DNA of 64,000 bases from the human T2T-CHM13v2.0 reference genome, Homo sapiens: NCBI RefSeq assembly GCF_009914755.1, contig NC_060931.1. The stretch is one strand, 5' to 3'. Positions 25,560 through 40,584 of this stretch are shown here, one piece after another. The notes under the pieces were generated by a model. That model searched no databases. It was given only the letters and a program-made list of their open reading frames with translations, and was not told the DNA's origin. The translations under genes were made by a program, and so were the position numbers. Within the stretch, counting starts at the first letter, position 1, and the number at the start of each line of letters is the position of its first letter.

Positions 25560-26259
25560 CTGCTAGCATTTCTAAGATGCAGTCAGAACATCCTTGCGCA
25601 ACTGGGTGGTTAATAAAGCATGTACATTTACATCACCTCCTGGACAAAAGAGGGGAAAAACAGAGGAGAGGTGGGAAATATTTGTAACAGAAAACCAAGT
25701 GTTTAAATCAACATGAAAGCAGGCAAACAGAAAGGCTAGCTTTGCGTTACAGGAAATAAGATGTAGAAAGCTGGTTTTTCATTGTGAAGAAATTTTAAAA
25801 GCAGTCCAGTGATATTTCTGACTCTGGGTTTACTAAGATGTCAGTGGTAAAAAAGCAATATTGTCAAGAATAATAATATGTCAGGGTAAAAATCAATAGC
25901 AGCCACAAAAAGGTAACACATTTTTCTAAAGAATGGTTTGAACTAACACTCACAGTCATTAGAGTGACCGAGCAGCAACCAGCTGGACCTGCACTGACAG
26001 CTGACCAGACAAGAGCTGGGTTTGTTTTGGTTTGGTTTTTTAGCAACTTAACTCTAGTAGCCTTGTCTCTAACTATGGAAGATTATAGAGCTGCCAACTT
26101 GATTATGATGAAAATCTGATGTCAAAATTGAATGTGGTTTTCCTTCCCAGTCTCATTTTTGAAACTCGAACTCTTGTGGTATCTCCCATAGGAGAAGGTG
26201 GTGCCCAAAGAAACTGTGGTAGTGGAAAGCGAACTGGTTTAAGGATTTTTAGACCCATT

Positions 26260-26505
26260 AATATAAAGTTTAAACACAAGCAACATTAGTCTAAGGTGTT
26301 AGAAGTCAAGATGGAATCACTCTTAGAGAGGCTCGGTGTGGATGGGAAGGGAGCATAAAGGAACTGGAGCTGTTTCTTGAGCTGGGTGCTGGCAAGACAG
26401 ATGTTCCCACTTTGTGAATTCACTGAACATACACGTATGATCGGCACACTTTTTCTTATATACTATAGAAGTATAATACTACACATTACACTTCAATAAA
26501 ACACA
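26260..26505 (+). mobile_element. Old L1ME-like 3' end fragment
   Basis: GTTAGAAGTCAAGAT.., TTCTTGAGCTGGGTGCTGG, CACTTTGTGAATTCACTGA, CACTTCAATAAAA. Confidence 0.6.
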
Positions 26506-29014
26506 GTAAAAAGCCTCTGCATTCTCTTAACAAATCTGCTCTAAATAGCCAACAAATTTTGAGGAGGTCACTTGAACCCTAGTTTCTTTCACAAAATGAG
26601 ATAGTGGACCAGAGGACCCCAGACCTGAAACTTCTTGGTGCTGTCATCATTGGCACATGATGAATGCATAGCGTTGGTATTCCTGCTATTTGTGACTCAA
26701 AGAACAATCAAAACATGGGCAAAGTTGCCACAGGCCTTCCCAGAAAAGGCATGAACTGAAAGCTATATAAATTTGCCACATGGGGAATGGTGTTGAATAA
26801 CTGGAACCACAGGGCTGATGTTGATAGCAAAGAAGTAGAATTACGGTGGCTGTCAGTGTGAGCCCTACTTTAAAAGCAGATGTTCATCACACAGCTAGTG
26901 ATGTGTGCGATCACATTAAATTCAAGAGCCAATGTTTCTTTAATAGTTTCTTCTCAAAAATAGCTGCTGGAAATTATGGTTCCATTAAAATAGGCTACAA
27001 GAATTTCCATCTAATCAAGCAGTTCAGTGTTTCAAGCAGTTCCTTTCTTTTCTTGTTTAATATAAAGTGAATTTAAAGGTGACCTGCACCGTGACTGATT
27101 GGCAGTTAGAAAGAATCAGCCTCTGTGTCATCACTTAGAAGTTGCCAATCACGTCACACAATGGATGGGAAAAGACCAAGGTCTGGGTTGGAGGGAATTT
27201 GCTGTTCTAATAGGAGAAATTACTGCAACCTCCTTTGGATAAGAAAATGAGCTATACTTATCTCCCTATGTGCTTTTCCTACAACTTGAGCCTCTTGGAA
27301 GACAAAATATGTGTAGCAGGAAGAAGGAAAAATAATAATAATCCAACTAGGTGGTTAGCACCTGGATAACAGATCCACAGAGAAGTTCTTAAAACCTTTT
27401 TATTTTCTTCTAAAGCGTCTAAAGTCCCCTAGAAACAAGTCACCTGATTCTACTAAGCCACCTGCCTCATCCCACTGAAAACCTTTCCGGAAAGATGGGC
27501 CAGACATGCTCTCTGATGGCCATTCGTCTTCTGAATCCCAAGAATAATCCTTTGGCACAAACATAGAAGTGTATTATTTGGTCTTCCAGCAAACATGAAG
27601 AGAAACAATGAAATGAAGGAAATGCACATCACGAGCTGCCACACAAGATCCTAATTACCATAATTTGACCCATCCTCCTTCCCATTGCCGGAAAGTCAGC
27701 CTTCTGGATGAGAGGAAGCCAAACCAGCAAGATAACAGGCTTCTGTTCTCTCTCCCCGTCCCTCGCCTCTTTCTTTCTTCCCCTCTTCCTTAAATGATGT
27801 TCATTAAGACAGCGATTCTTCTAACAGTTTGTATGCCTCAATTGTATTAGGGAAAGCTTTGCATGACTTGAAAAAATGAGCCAGAGAGAAGGAAGAGGGG
27901 CTGAAAGAAGCAGACACACGTTGTCTTTTTATTCCCCAAAGCAACTGTCAGTCTCAGAATATTTTTGTAGAACCTGCCAGAAATCTCTCTGGAATCATCC
28001 CTGTTGGATACAAGGACAGTAAATCTAAAAAGTTCAGGTCTTCTGTGGTATAAATCAGAAACTCTTAATAATTCAGAAAAGGCCAATTTAAACTCCACAT
28101 GTCCAGTCACATCAATAACACCACTCCCTCTAGCTCCAAACAGCCCCTAGAATATTTCCTTTTCCTAGATTACTCATAGCTTTGCCTTGTCCCTGACTTC
28201 CCCCAAACTACTTGAGTAAGTTACTTTGGCATAGCTTCTTACATTTAGGCAGCAAATGAGCCAGGATGGGAGACATACAAAGTGTGTTAACTTCGTTCCT
28301 ATTAGAATTCACCTAAAATATACCCATTGAAATATGGATCTAAAAAGCCCACCCCTGCCCACCCCAGTGCCGGGGCTTCTGCCTTTTGCTGTAACAAGTG
28401 CTGTAGAAATTGTCTCCACTGTCACTCTTCAGCTCACGTATGGGATGTGATGGGATTTTTCAATAGCAGCTTTAAATCAGCTTGCTGAGGCCTCAATAGT
28501 GCAGCCCCAAGTTAGGGCTCGAGGAAGCAGGTCCTGAAGTCACAACGCTCCTGGTGACAGCATGTGCACTGACACAGTGGAGGACTGCTTCACTGACCTT
28601 TTGTATTTTAGAGTGTGTGACCGGGGGGCTGGTTTGTTTTCAACCATTGTGTAAGGAAGACACAATTTAGCAAGACAAAGGACATGTTTTTTAAGAAGCA
28701 GAGATATCGAGAACTGGCATCCTTTTTGGCATTAGTGTGGAGGTGGCCAATCAAGACAGGCTAGGAGTGATCCAAGTCATTGGAGGAACCTAACAGAGAG
28801 TAAATGATTATGAGGCCGTATTTGAAGGCCGTGAAGTCAGTAAGAAAAGAAATGCATGTGATAGTGGGAGTTTGAAGTAAATCTATATTTTATTTCCAAG
28901 TGACCTATGAGTAGAGGAAAAGGCAGCCAGTAAGGTACGGAAAATGAGGCCAAATTGGAGTCAAGGGCTACCAATCAGGCAGGAAGGACATGACAGGAAA
29001 TCTAGTTAATTCAG

Positions 29015-29585
29015 CTTATTAGTTTGGATGGTTGAGACTGCTAGGTCTTAGAAAACCCGGCTCAAAGTGCCTTAAACAAAAAGGACATTTTTGGCCTAAG
29101 ATAACCAGAAGTCCAAAGGTAGGCAGTCTTTAACTGTGGCTGATCCAGTGGCCAATCATTTCATCAAGGACCTAGGTTGTATCTGTCTCTCTGCTCTACC
29201 ATGCATGGTGTCTGCTCCATCCTGAGACTGGGTCTCCTGTTGGTCAGAAAGTGGATGCCTATGCTTTCTCGCACACATCCAGGGAAAGCAGGGGAGTTAC
29301 TCCCAGAACATATCCTAAAAAAATGAAAAGAAAGTTTCCCAAAAGCTTCTGCAAACCTTGCATGGCATCTCATTAGCCTGAATTGTATCTCGTCTTCTTT
29401 CCTGAAACAATCACAGTTAGTTTGTATTATTTTGTTTGGCTTAAGTGCATCAAAGTCCACTCCTGGTGTCAGAAAATGGGATTAGCTTTGCCTAAATTAA
29501 TGGTCAGCATGGAGGAGAGATAGAAAACTAACCAAAGTCAGCAATCTCCTAGGAAAAAGAAAGAGGAGATGCACACTGCATGGGC
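29015..29585 (-). mobile_element. Old MaLR LTR (MLT1K/L-like)
   Basis: AGAAAACCCGGCTCAAAGTGCCTTAAACAAAAAGG, AGTCCAAAGGTAGG, ATCTCATTAGCCTGAATTG. Confidence 0.65.
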
Positions 29586-29588
29586 CAC

Positions 29589-29985
29589 TGTGATCATCAC
29601 TAATGCTGTTCACCCAGCATTTCTGAATTCCCACCTTCCTGGCACATGATAGGATTGTACCTCCTGGCTCTTAGTGGCTGGGTGGGGCTGTGAGACTTGT
29701 TGCAGTCAATGAGTAGTGAGCAGAAGTGGCACATGTCACCATCAGGCTAGAAACTTTAATGGCCAAATGAGGCCTCCTTAGCTGTCTTTAGTTCTGCATT
29801 AGAGACTAATTAATGCAGAGCAGCTCAGGTGGTAGCTGCTCCTTCTGTATACATCCCCAAATGAGGAGCATGGAGCAGAGCCCCCAGTCAGCCCATGATG
29901 GAGATGAGCAAGAAATAAACCTTCATGGTTAAAATCTACTTTTTTTTTAATTCCAATATACCTTAGTCTGTCCTTGATAAAACTA
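29589..29985 (+). mobile_element. MaLR LTR (MLT1I/J-like)
   Basis: CAATGAGTAGTGAGCAGAAGTGGCACATGTCAC, GGAGCAGAGCCCCCAG, GAGCAAGAAATAAACCTT. Confidence 0.75.
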
Positions 29986-29996
29986 TAGACAACATA

Positions 29997-30367
<371 letters not shown>

Positions 30368-33300
30368 CTAGTCCTAGGTGGGGTGGCAGTGGGGGGGGCG
30401 GCACTATGTGAGGTGGACACCAGTGTCACATGGCTTATGACCCCAGTTAGGCATGGCAGGCCAAGGTGCGCAAGTATGTCCTAGAACTAGAAACAAGCAG
30501 TTTTCCTAAGAGTTCCCACCAAACAGAGCCACCACTTACATATCTTCTCCTCAAGAGAAACAAAAGAAAAAGATTATTCGTAATTTGTCTCTTAAATAAT
30601 CTAGACACATGCCTGGCATATAAGAAATAAAAAAGAATCTACATTCTGTTAAGTATTTTAAGTTAAATAAATTACTCAAGAAATGTGGAGAAAAAAGTTA
30701 CCTGGATCAAAAAAATCTGAATTCATGTAAATGATTATTTAGGATTAGAAATTCATCTGTGGAAAAAATAACCTAAAAAGTAGAAAACAAAAATTTTAAG
30801 CATCACATTTATTAAAATATATTTTAGTTTTTGAAATAGTTTTGAAATGGGAAAGTTATCACTAATTGAAATGCGTATAGAACTACACCTATGCAATGTT
30901 TATTGCTCTGTTGTATAGTCTACAAAAAAATTATAAGTTGGTATCATTTCACCTTATAATTAGTTGCCTTTTTTCTAAATGACAATATTTTTTAAAGTGT
31001 AAAAATACAATGTAATGTAAGTCATCCTAATAACAAGAAAGATAGGTGCTAGAAAGTCTCACGATTTTTTTTTTGAAAGCCTAGTTCTCAAAAGAAATTA
31101 AAGTAGAAAAGCTTCACATTTTTTTAGTAAATAATAGCTATAATACCTCTTCCATATATTCATCTACATCTTCTTTAAAGAACATTTTTAAAACTACCTC
31201 ATGTTTTTGCTTCTGTTTTTTTGGATTGGCTCTGACCTGTGTATATCGTAAGGTTTTACTAACTACCACAACAGAAATGAATTATGTGGAATTCTTTGGT
31301 GTAAACTGAGGAGGACTTGGAGAGTGTTCCTTCTCTGGCGGGAATGTTTAAGATTCAGTAGGTTTTGCTCCTAGAGATAATTTTTATTACCGCATTCAAA
31401 AACATCCTGTCCGGTTGTTGAGCATTTCCAGAGCAGAATACCTGTGTAATTTTGATTAGCTCATAATCTTCAAAATGTGTTACAACTGCCTAGTGACAAG
31501 ATGTTCAATTTTCAGATTTTATTTTTGCCCTGTTCTCAAATGCAGTCATCATTCCCTACTTGAGAGCTATTTCTACTATCCTCCTTGCAGAGATGAAAAT
31601 ATGAAGGCACAGGAATTGTTGTTAGGTTGTGTGCCAGCCTAGGAGCCAGAAGATTTGGGCTCTGGGTGCTGGACCTCACAGGCTGATGCTCGGGCCAACA
31701 AAGTCAGGAGGAGAGTAGGGTCTCAGACACCTGCTGATGGGAAAGGTGTGCAGCACATTCACATACAGGCAGCCACACCTGCCTCACCCCTGGAAGAGAT
31801 TTTCTTTGTTTTGACAAATGACCCTTCTGGGTCTGTCTGGTCAACAAGGAAAGGTGAAGCACCAGCATTGCCCACACCTTGCCTAAGTCCTCTCCTAACA
31901 ATCAGGCCTGGGAGAGATGTGTTCCAAAGCTCCCAAATCCTGGCCTCCATCTATATCACGACATAGTAGAGGAAGCATGCACTCTTCGATGCTCCCTCTT
32001 GGGTATTGATGATCCTGGCTTCTGCCCTCTCTGCCTGCAACTTAGGAGATGGAAGCAGGGACCCCTGCAGAAACAACTCCTGCTGGGCGCAGGAGTCATG
32101 GGCATCTCTCCTAATGATTCCATCATGCTGTTGCTTCCCACACACTGTGCCCTGAAGAACCTCATTTTCCTTTTGCTTTTACCTTGATTAATGCCCTTCA
32201 TGACTTGCCTTCCCATGACTTCACCCGCAGCCACTGCCCAAGCACGCGTTCAGCTGTTGGGATCTCTAGGAGTTGTTTTCCATCTTCCTACTCCACAATT
32301 ATGCCAACAGCCTTCTTCCTGACCCAAGCCTATTGGGAGCAGGAGTCTTCTATTTTGTTCTTCCAGGTGATCTTTCTTTTTGCAAGTGCCAGATCTCAGG
32401 TCTAGGCTTTGGTCCTTTGGTGCTGAAATGTGAGCTGAAATTTAAAATGTTACAAAGGTAGGTCATGGTAGGATTTGCTGTCCCTAAACCAAAGATGTCC
32501 TTAAACCTAAGGCTAATGTTGCCTTCCCTTTAAAAAGCTACCACATCAATAATTCAGTTTACATCTCAGCTTGCCTAATATATTTCTCTCTTATTTGAAC
32601 GGCAAGATGAACTTCAGAGAATTGTTTTTTAAGTGAGGTTTTGTGAGCTGAGCCTTGCAAGAAGCTCTCCAAGGTCTGTGGGATCTGTATATGACTAGAG
32701 CTCAGGCTTCACTCTGGAGAGTAAGTGCGATCTCCGTTTTCTCCTCCTACCTCTCCAAACACTCCTAACCTACATTTCTTCCAGCTCTCCTTCCTCTAAC
32801 TGCTCTTGCCCACTTTCCTCTTCCTACGTGCCTTCCTTAAACTTATCCATTCCCATTGTCTCAAACACCCACAACCAGTAACTCTGGCCACAATCCCTCT
32901 TGATCTCCAAACCCTCTTTCTCCCAACTGTCAAATGCAGGATGTCTTGGAATACTTAGATACCTCAAAGTCAACCTGTCTAGACTGAATTAACTGTCCCT
33001 TTAGATCCCCACCCAAACGTTTGCCACCTCCTACCATCATCTACCCACCCACCCAACCACCTCTTTGAGTATTTCTTAGTGACCCAGCTCCTTTCCTTGC
33101 TAGCCAGGCAGATAGTGTTGAAAGGAGGAGCTGGAAAAGTTGGCGCAGGAGTTGAGATAGAGTTCCTACACACACCCTCAACTCCAGAGCCAAAAACTAA
33201 AGAAGAAACAGGAGGCAAAGTGCAATAAAAGATCCAGATAAGCTCCTGAGGACCCCAAAATAGACAGGACCTTGGCCCGGCTTCCCTTTATGTGGCTACC

Positions 33301-33878
33301 AGCCTCACAGAGAATTCCACATTCATCTGGCACTTGAGCTACAGATTAGAAAAAATGAGGGAGGTGATCAGGCATATGGGACTAAGAATATGTTTCCAGT
33401 TTCCCAAGGGCTGACCAATGTATGCAGGGATTCCAGAAGTTCCTGCTTATCCCAAGGGGGAACAGAGAGGTTCTAAGAACAGCCATAGTCTAGAAGAGAC
33501 TTAAGATCTGGACACAGAAACTGAAGAATGCAAAGACTTTGAACTGGAAGGATATGGCTGAAATGGTGCACAGAAGCAACAGGTGACCCCAAGGACCAAG
33601 CATGACCGAGCATAACAGGGACACTAGCACAAAGCCCCCAGGCCCAGGGACCAGCCCAGCTCAGCCAGGGCTCTCACAATAGGACCAGCCAAGACCTGGA
33701 AAGGCCCTTCCCATCACGGTGATGACAGATAAGCTTTGCTCTGCACCCATACAAGGGGGTCAGGGGGATTCGTGGGCAGGGTAAAAAGAAAAGACCCTGA
33801 AAGCCTGAATGTAACCAGGAAAGTGGCGTTAACCTGAAAGGAACTATTTTAACTTGGAAGAGACTGATATTTCTCTAG

Positions 33879-34234
<356 letters not shown>

Positions 34235-34426
34235 AAGTTTTTTGTTTTTTCACTTTATGTTTCTTTCTCTCTTACCATTGGGTTAAGAGCTATCAAAGAC
34301 CATTAACTAAGTAGTAAACAAGAAAAATGCTATTTTTTTCACAATTTGTGCTGTAGTGAGACGTTTTTGACACTATTGCACAAAAGCATCACTGTTAACC
34401 TTTCTTCCCTACCTCTTTCTCTACCC

Positions 34427-35084
34427 CTGCTATGTTGCTGTCTCCCCAAAATTTTTGGTGTTTCCCCAAAATTCATATGTTGGAACTTAATCCCCAATGT
34501 GATAGAATATAGGAGGTGATTAAACCATGAGTGCTCTGTCCTCATGAATGGAATTAGTGCCCTTATAAAAGATGTTGGGCCAGGCACACTGGCTCACACC
34601 TGTATTCCCAGCACTTTGGGAGGGTGAGGTGGGCAAATCACTTGAGCTCAGATGTTTGAGACCAGACTGGGCAACATGGTGAAACCCTGCCTCTACAAAA
34701 AGTACAAAATCAGCTGAGCATGGTGACACCCACCTGTAATCCCAGATACTGGTGGGGGCTGAGGTGGGAGGATTGCTTGAACCTGGAAGTTCAAGGCTAC
34801 AATGAGCTATGATAGTGCCAGTGTTCCAGCCTGGGCAAGAGAGCCAACCCTATCTCAAAAAAAAAAAAAAAAAAAAAAAAAGAGAGAGCAAGGGAAGGCA
34901 GCTTCCCTCCCCTTCCACCATGTGAGGACAGAGAGAAGGTACTAGCTATAGGAACAGGCACTGAATCTGCTAGCACTTTGATCTTGGACTTCCCAGGCTC
35001 TAAAATTGTAAGAAATAAATTTCTGTTGTTTATCAGTTACCCAGGCTAAGATATTCTGGTATAGAACCCAAGTAGAATAAGACA
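34427..35084 (+). mobile_element. MaLR LTR (MST/MLT1A-like) split by an AluJ
   Basis: CCCCAAAATTCATATGTTGG, CCTCATGAATGGAATTAGTGCCCTTATAAAAG, CCACCATGTGAGGACA, AGAAATAAATTTCTGTTGTTTAT. Confidence 0.85.
34578..34881 (+). mobile_element. AluJ SINE
   Basis: Full dimer with long A tail. Confidence 0.95.
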
Positions 35085-36269
35085 ACACCCATCTAACAGT
35101 AGACCAGCCTGTAGACTGTATCTGTGAGCTGTCTCACATCTAAGTTCCATCCTTTCCAACCCCAATGCCAATGCCAAGATTCACACTGGTCATCTCTTAC
35201 CTGGAGGTTATAAGCCTGAGTGGTGTCCCCTCCTCTCGGTCTTCTCTTTTTAATGTGTCCTCATCCACATTGCTTGATCTTTCTAAAATATGATGCTCTC
35301 CAGCTTCAAAAGCTGCGCTGACTCCCTGTGAATAAAGGGATATTGAAACTCCAAAGCTTGTCCCAGAAGCCTCTTCCTAATCTACTCCTGCTCTAACCTC
35401 AATCTTACATATCCTCTGCCCTCTCTCACACATTCCAAGTTCAAGCCATAGCAGTTATTTACCATTCCTATAATGGACCAAGTGCTTTCACTTCACTAAT
35501 CTTTGCACTTGCTATTTACCTTCAAGATCCAGATCCAACATACCACTTCTTTGACATCCTCTCTAATTCCTTTCACTCCCCAAGTCAAATTTGTCAAGAA
35601 CCCTTTTGTTCCCTTTACACTATATACATGCCTATGGCAACCAGAAAGCCACAAGTACCAGTTTCAAATATTCTATTCTATTCACGCATTAGAAAGATAA
35701 AAGTCTGTGGACCATGCTCCTCAATTTATAGTTCCAAGGCCATAACCATATGTTCCAAAATCGTTATTAGCCTTTACGACATTTTATCATGATCTTCAGT
35801 TTGCATAACTAACCCCATACTTGAATTAAACTCCTAAAGGGCAAGAACCACATGTGTGTTCCTCTTTGTAGCCACATCTTTCTACCATGCTCACTCCTTC
35901 CATCCTACTCAGCTTAGCAGAGGAACAACTGGCCAGTTAGCAAGTTATAAACATCACTCTCTCCTGGGATGAAACCACTCCCACACCAGGGCAAATGTTT
36001 GGCAAATATAAGGAAGACTTGGTTTCAGTTCCCTTACCCTCCTGAGTAGGTACATTTGTGCAGTGCACAAACTGCCCAACTATATGTAATAGCCCTTGGA
36101 CCTAACATGTAATAAGGGCAAAATATATATTTGCTGATGAATGAACTTGTCTAGGGAATATTCCCTACCTTTACCCCTCTTAAATTACACGAACCAGATG
36201 TGCCTATTATTTACATAGTTTTGGTATTGCACTATATCCAATAATCAAATATTCTTCAGCATGCCTTGA

Positions 36270-36755
36270 TAAATTAATGTCAGGCTTCTGTCATCATGTT
36301 AGGAATAATTCACTTACGACACAGCTGGATTCAGGACTGGTTCAACAAATAGCATCAAGACTCAACATATCTTTTGGTTCTCCTTCTGCTATGTTACTTT
36401 CAGTCTTGGACTTCACATCTTAGCAGACAGAGGCAGCAGCTCCAGTTCCTAGATCCTCTCTAGTTTTAAGTCAACCTGAAAAATAGAGCATATCTTTCCA
36501 GGATTCCCAAGAAAGTTTCCTTGCTCTTCATTGGCTCTTGTTGGGTCACATGTGCATCTGTAAACTCACCACTGTGAACCCAGACATGTGATATGCTGAT
36601 TCGCCAGCTTAAGTCACTTTTCGACATCTGGGGCTGAGACTGCCAGAAACATTGTTGAAATGGTGGAGGGGGCTATTCGTCAAAGGAAAATCTAGGTATA
36701 ATTACCAGAAGGAGGAATGGATAGCAACCAGAAAAAACAATGGATGTCTGCCATC
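36270..36755 (-). mobile_element. Old MaLR LTR (MLT1L-like)
   Basis: CATTGGCTCTTGTTGGGTCACATGTGCATC, CCAGAAGGAGGAATGGAT. Confidence 0.55.
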
Positions 36756-36768
36756 ACTTTCTTCCACG

Positions 36769-37320
36769 TGATGGGCAAACTCTAGATGACCCCCAGTGAT
36801 CTCCACCTCCTGGTGTTCTGCCCTTTTGTAATGCTCTTCACCCTTGAGGGTGGGCAAGACTTTGTAACATGCTTTTAACCAATAGAATATGTCAAAAGGG
36901 ATGAGATGTCACTTCCACGATTAAGTTACATAAGATTGTGATTTCCTTCTTCCTACCAAACTCTCTCTATTGCCTTCTCAGCTTGCATGCTTTGATGAAG
37001 CAAGCTGCCATGTTGGGAGAGGCCCACATGGCAAGAAACTGAGGATGGCTGCCAGCTAAAAACTGAGGTCCTCAATGCAGTAGTTCTCAAAGTACTGAAT
37101 TTAGCTAACTACTACATGAAAATGGATCATTTCCTAGTCAGGCTTTCAGATGAGAAATCAGCCCTGACCAATATCTTGATTGCATTCTTGTGAGAGATAT
37201 TGAGACAATGGATCCAGCCATGTCCAACTCCTGACCTAGAAACTGAGATAACAAATGTGGGCTGTTCTAAGCCACGAGGTTTGTGGTAATACTGTTATAC
37301 AATAATAGATGACTAGCGCA
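36769..37320 (+). mobile_element. MaLR LTR (MLT1F-like)
   Basis: GATGACCCCCAGTGATCTCCACCTCCTGGTGTTC, AACCAATAGAATATG, TTGATGAAGCAAGCTGCCATGTTG, CAATAATAGATGACTA. Confidence 0.85.
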
Positions 37321-39337
37321 CTTCCTTTTCTGCTCCCACACCCCTTTTAGAATCTCTCCCAGATCTACTTCACTCCCACCAGCCAGCACCCAGTGCCAAT
37401 CTGGAGCAGCCAGAGGGCTCCCCTCAGGGGCCCCCATAGGCTCAGATGCCCTGGGAAAGGCCTAGTGCTTCCTTCTCCTCTTGTATCCCCTCACTTCTCC
37501 GTGTGCTGACTTCCATTTACCTTTCAGAGAAACCATCTGACTGGGCTAAGTATCACAGATTCCTCAGGACTTAACCCAAAAGAAAGGACATTGTTTCATT
37601 GACGATATCTGGGGCCCTTCTTAGCATCCCTTAAGTTCAACTACTTAGGGGAGTACTAGTTAACATAATATGAAGGTGCAGAACTAAAGGGTATACAAGC
37701 ATTTTGGACCCCAAAATAATTGCTTCCTGAAAGAGATGCGACTCAAATGAATGTGTAGTCCTTGTTAATGGCCAATGACAACTATCTGTAGCAATGTAGT
37801 GATGTTGTCACCTGTTACAATTTGAGGTCCTCTCCTATCTGGAAGTTGCCGTGAATGGCCAGAGTTGACTACATGGTCCCACATCAGCCTTCTTTCTGTC
37901 TTCAGTTCCTTCCTATTCCCCTGCTTCGTTCACCCCTTCCAGGGTGGCACAGCTGCAGCCCCATAGAGCCCAGACTGCAGTTGCACTAAAGGAGGCTTCA
38001 CAGAGCTGTACAAAAGCTTCCAGCCACCAAAGCACAAAGCCTTTCCTTCAGTCAGCCTCCACAGTCTCCCAGCTCTTAGGAGAGCCATAATCCTACATGA
38101 CAGTCAGATTTATGCTTTCTTATGGGGCTTTTTAGGCTTATCCCAAACCCCTCTCTTCTCATACCATCTACAGTTTTTAGTCTGGATCCCTCTAGAACAG
38201 CCCTCAGGGAATAGGATTTACTAGGTTAACCCTAGCCACATCGCTTTGTCTGAACCCTGGGCTCTCTTCCTCTGTGGATTCTGTGATTCCACAGCTCAGT
38301 ATAGTATTTCAAACACATTGCACTGTAAACCATGATACGTTTCATGATTAAGCACTAAAAAGAAGACAGGTGGTGCATTTATGGTAATTAAAGCCTGCTG
38401 CAGGCCGTGTTTTAGTGCGTACGACTGACAATGCAGGAACTACGACAGTCTTTGGTAAAGAAACAGTTCTGTCTGTCACATGGCTGTGGCTCATACAAGT
38501 TTTCAGACAGAGAACAAGATTGGAGGGAAGCTCACTCATCTTTATCTAACTGACATTTAGGTCATTTGGGAAAGTATATGCCACAAAGCATAATGCTTTC
38601 ATTCATACTTAGGTTTCAATTAGTTCAGGACTAAGTTATTCATAGATTATTTAGAGATGTATTATGTCTTTTGAATTATTAATTCAAGATAAAACTCAAT
38701 CTGTTAGGGGAAATTTTTCTACCAGAGTTTATTCTAGAAACCCTTAAACTGTTCTTGATCTCTGCAGATTTCTAAACCAATAAAGGGATTGCATTGAACC
38801 CCAAAGTTGTCTTCATTACAAATAGGAGTTTTAGATTCTGGGAAACAGAGTTGAAGTTCTCTTTCCAGTAATGACACATGCTGTCTTTGTGACTGTAAAC
38901 ATTTTCTCTTGAGGGTTGACTAAAATGAAGAACTCTTAGGATCTTTTTAGGATGAATGTCCATTATGTTCTTTGAGTGTTTTCAACATGAAAAAAAAAAT
39001 CCTGAATTGATTAAATTCTGTTGACAATTCTAGAATGAAGATTAATTATTTTTTAGTGCAAGGAAATCCTTTGCCTTCATTCAGTTGTGAACAAAATATT
39101 TCCAAGCCCCTGTGAGGCTGGGTCATGAAATGATCAAAGGGAACCCAACAAAGTCTTGCTGTGGACCACACCTGAGATCAGGCACTTTCCCTCACTCTCC
39201 TTGCTGCTGGAGCCATGGCTTCATTTTACTCATAATACCTTTCGGGCATTAAACAATACTCTTGGAAATCCTCTTTTTCTCAGTCCTCTCTTCCATCTAT
39301 GTGTTCTTCCTAATAATTTCATTTATTCCTATGACCC

Positions 39338-39366
39338 TGTTGGGGGTTGAATTGTGCCCCACCAAA

Positions 39367-39422
<56 letters not shown>

Positions 39423-39851
39423 TAGAGTCCTAACCCCCTGTACCTCAGAATGTAATTTTATTTGGAAACAAAGTCCTCATGGAGGTAATCAAAATTAAAG
39501 TAGGTCATGAGGGTGGGCCTCAGTCTAATATGACTGGTGTCCTAACAGTCTAGGGGGAAATTTGGATACACAGACAGACATGCACAGAGAGAGCACCATG
39601 TGAAGATGAAGGCAGAGAAGAGGTTGGGGCGATGTTTCCACAAGCCAAGGAATGCCAGAGAGTGCCAGCAAACCACAGAAGCCAGAGGACAGGCATGGAA
39701 GAGATTCTTCCTCACAGCCACCAGAAGGAATCAATCCTGCCGACACCTCGATCCTGGACTTCTAGTCTGCAGAACTGTTAGACGATAAATTTCAGTTGTT
39801 TAAGCCACACCGTTTGTGGTACTTTGTTACAGCAGCCCTAGAAAATGTATA
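39338..39851 (+). mobile_element. MaLR solo LTR, MLT1C-like, with internal (TA)(TG)n
   Basis: GGGGTTGAATTGTGCCCC ... CCATGTGAAGATGAAGGCAGAG ... TTTAAGCCACACCGTTTGTGGTACTTTGTTACAGCAGCCCTAG. Confidence 0.9.
39368..39420. repeat. (TA)n(TG)n microsatellite
   Basis: About 22 perfect TG units. Confidence 0.97.
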
Positions 39852-40584
39852 CGACTCCAACTCTCAAAGTATTATTTCCAGTTCAAAATCCTCTTCTGAA
39901 TTTCGGGTTGACAAGAGATACACAGGCTTCTCAAACTCACATAAAGGTGTTATTTAGCCCAATGCCTGTACCATAACAAGTTCTCAGTAAGAGTTAATGC
40001 TGCTGCTACTATTGATGATGATAGTGATGAAGTCGCAGAAAAGAAGGGGAAGAGAAGGAGCAGCAGCAGGAAGAAGAGAATGAATTAACTGAGTCTGGCT
40101 CCCCTCTGTGACATACAAAAGATGTAAACAGTCACCACAAGATGTGTCTTTTCTATCTTTGTACTCCCTCCATCCAACCACTCACTGAACGTCTAAAGCA
40201 CACTCATGATTGAAGCTTCTGAATGTCCTTATTGAATGCATTGGTAGACAACTGGTCGTTAATCACAGATGGACATTCTTTAGAAGAAATCATAGTTCCT
40301 GGCCCCTTTGTGCATTCAACGGGAGTGTTTATTTGCAGTGAGGCAGTCTGAAACACAGTTTCACTGGCCAGGACTATACTCCATCTCGGCTGAAGAGGGA
40401 GAGGTGGCATGATACGTTCACATTACAGCTGTGCCTGGGATTTAAGTAACAGTATTTGACTCTCAACCTACTCTTCTCCCCCATCAGCCACACTCTTCCT
40501 CTGATCAAGATGAGGAGGCACAGAATCGCAAACTATGCCCACTTCCTTCAGAAACTGAAATGCCCAGGTTATTTTAAATGGCAC

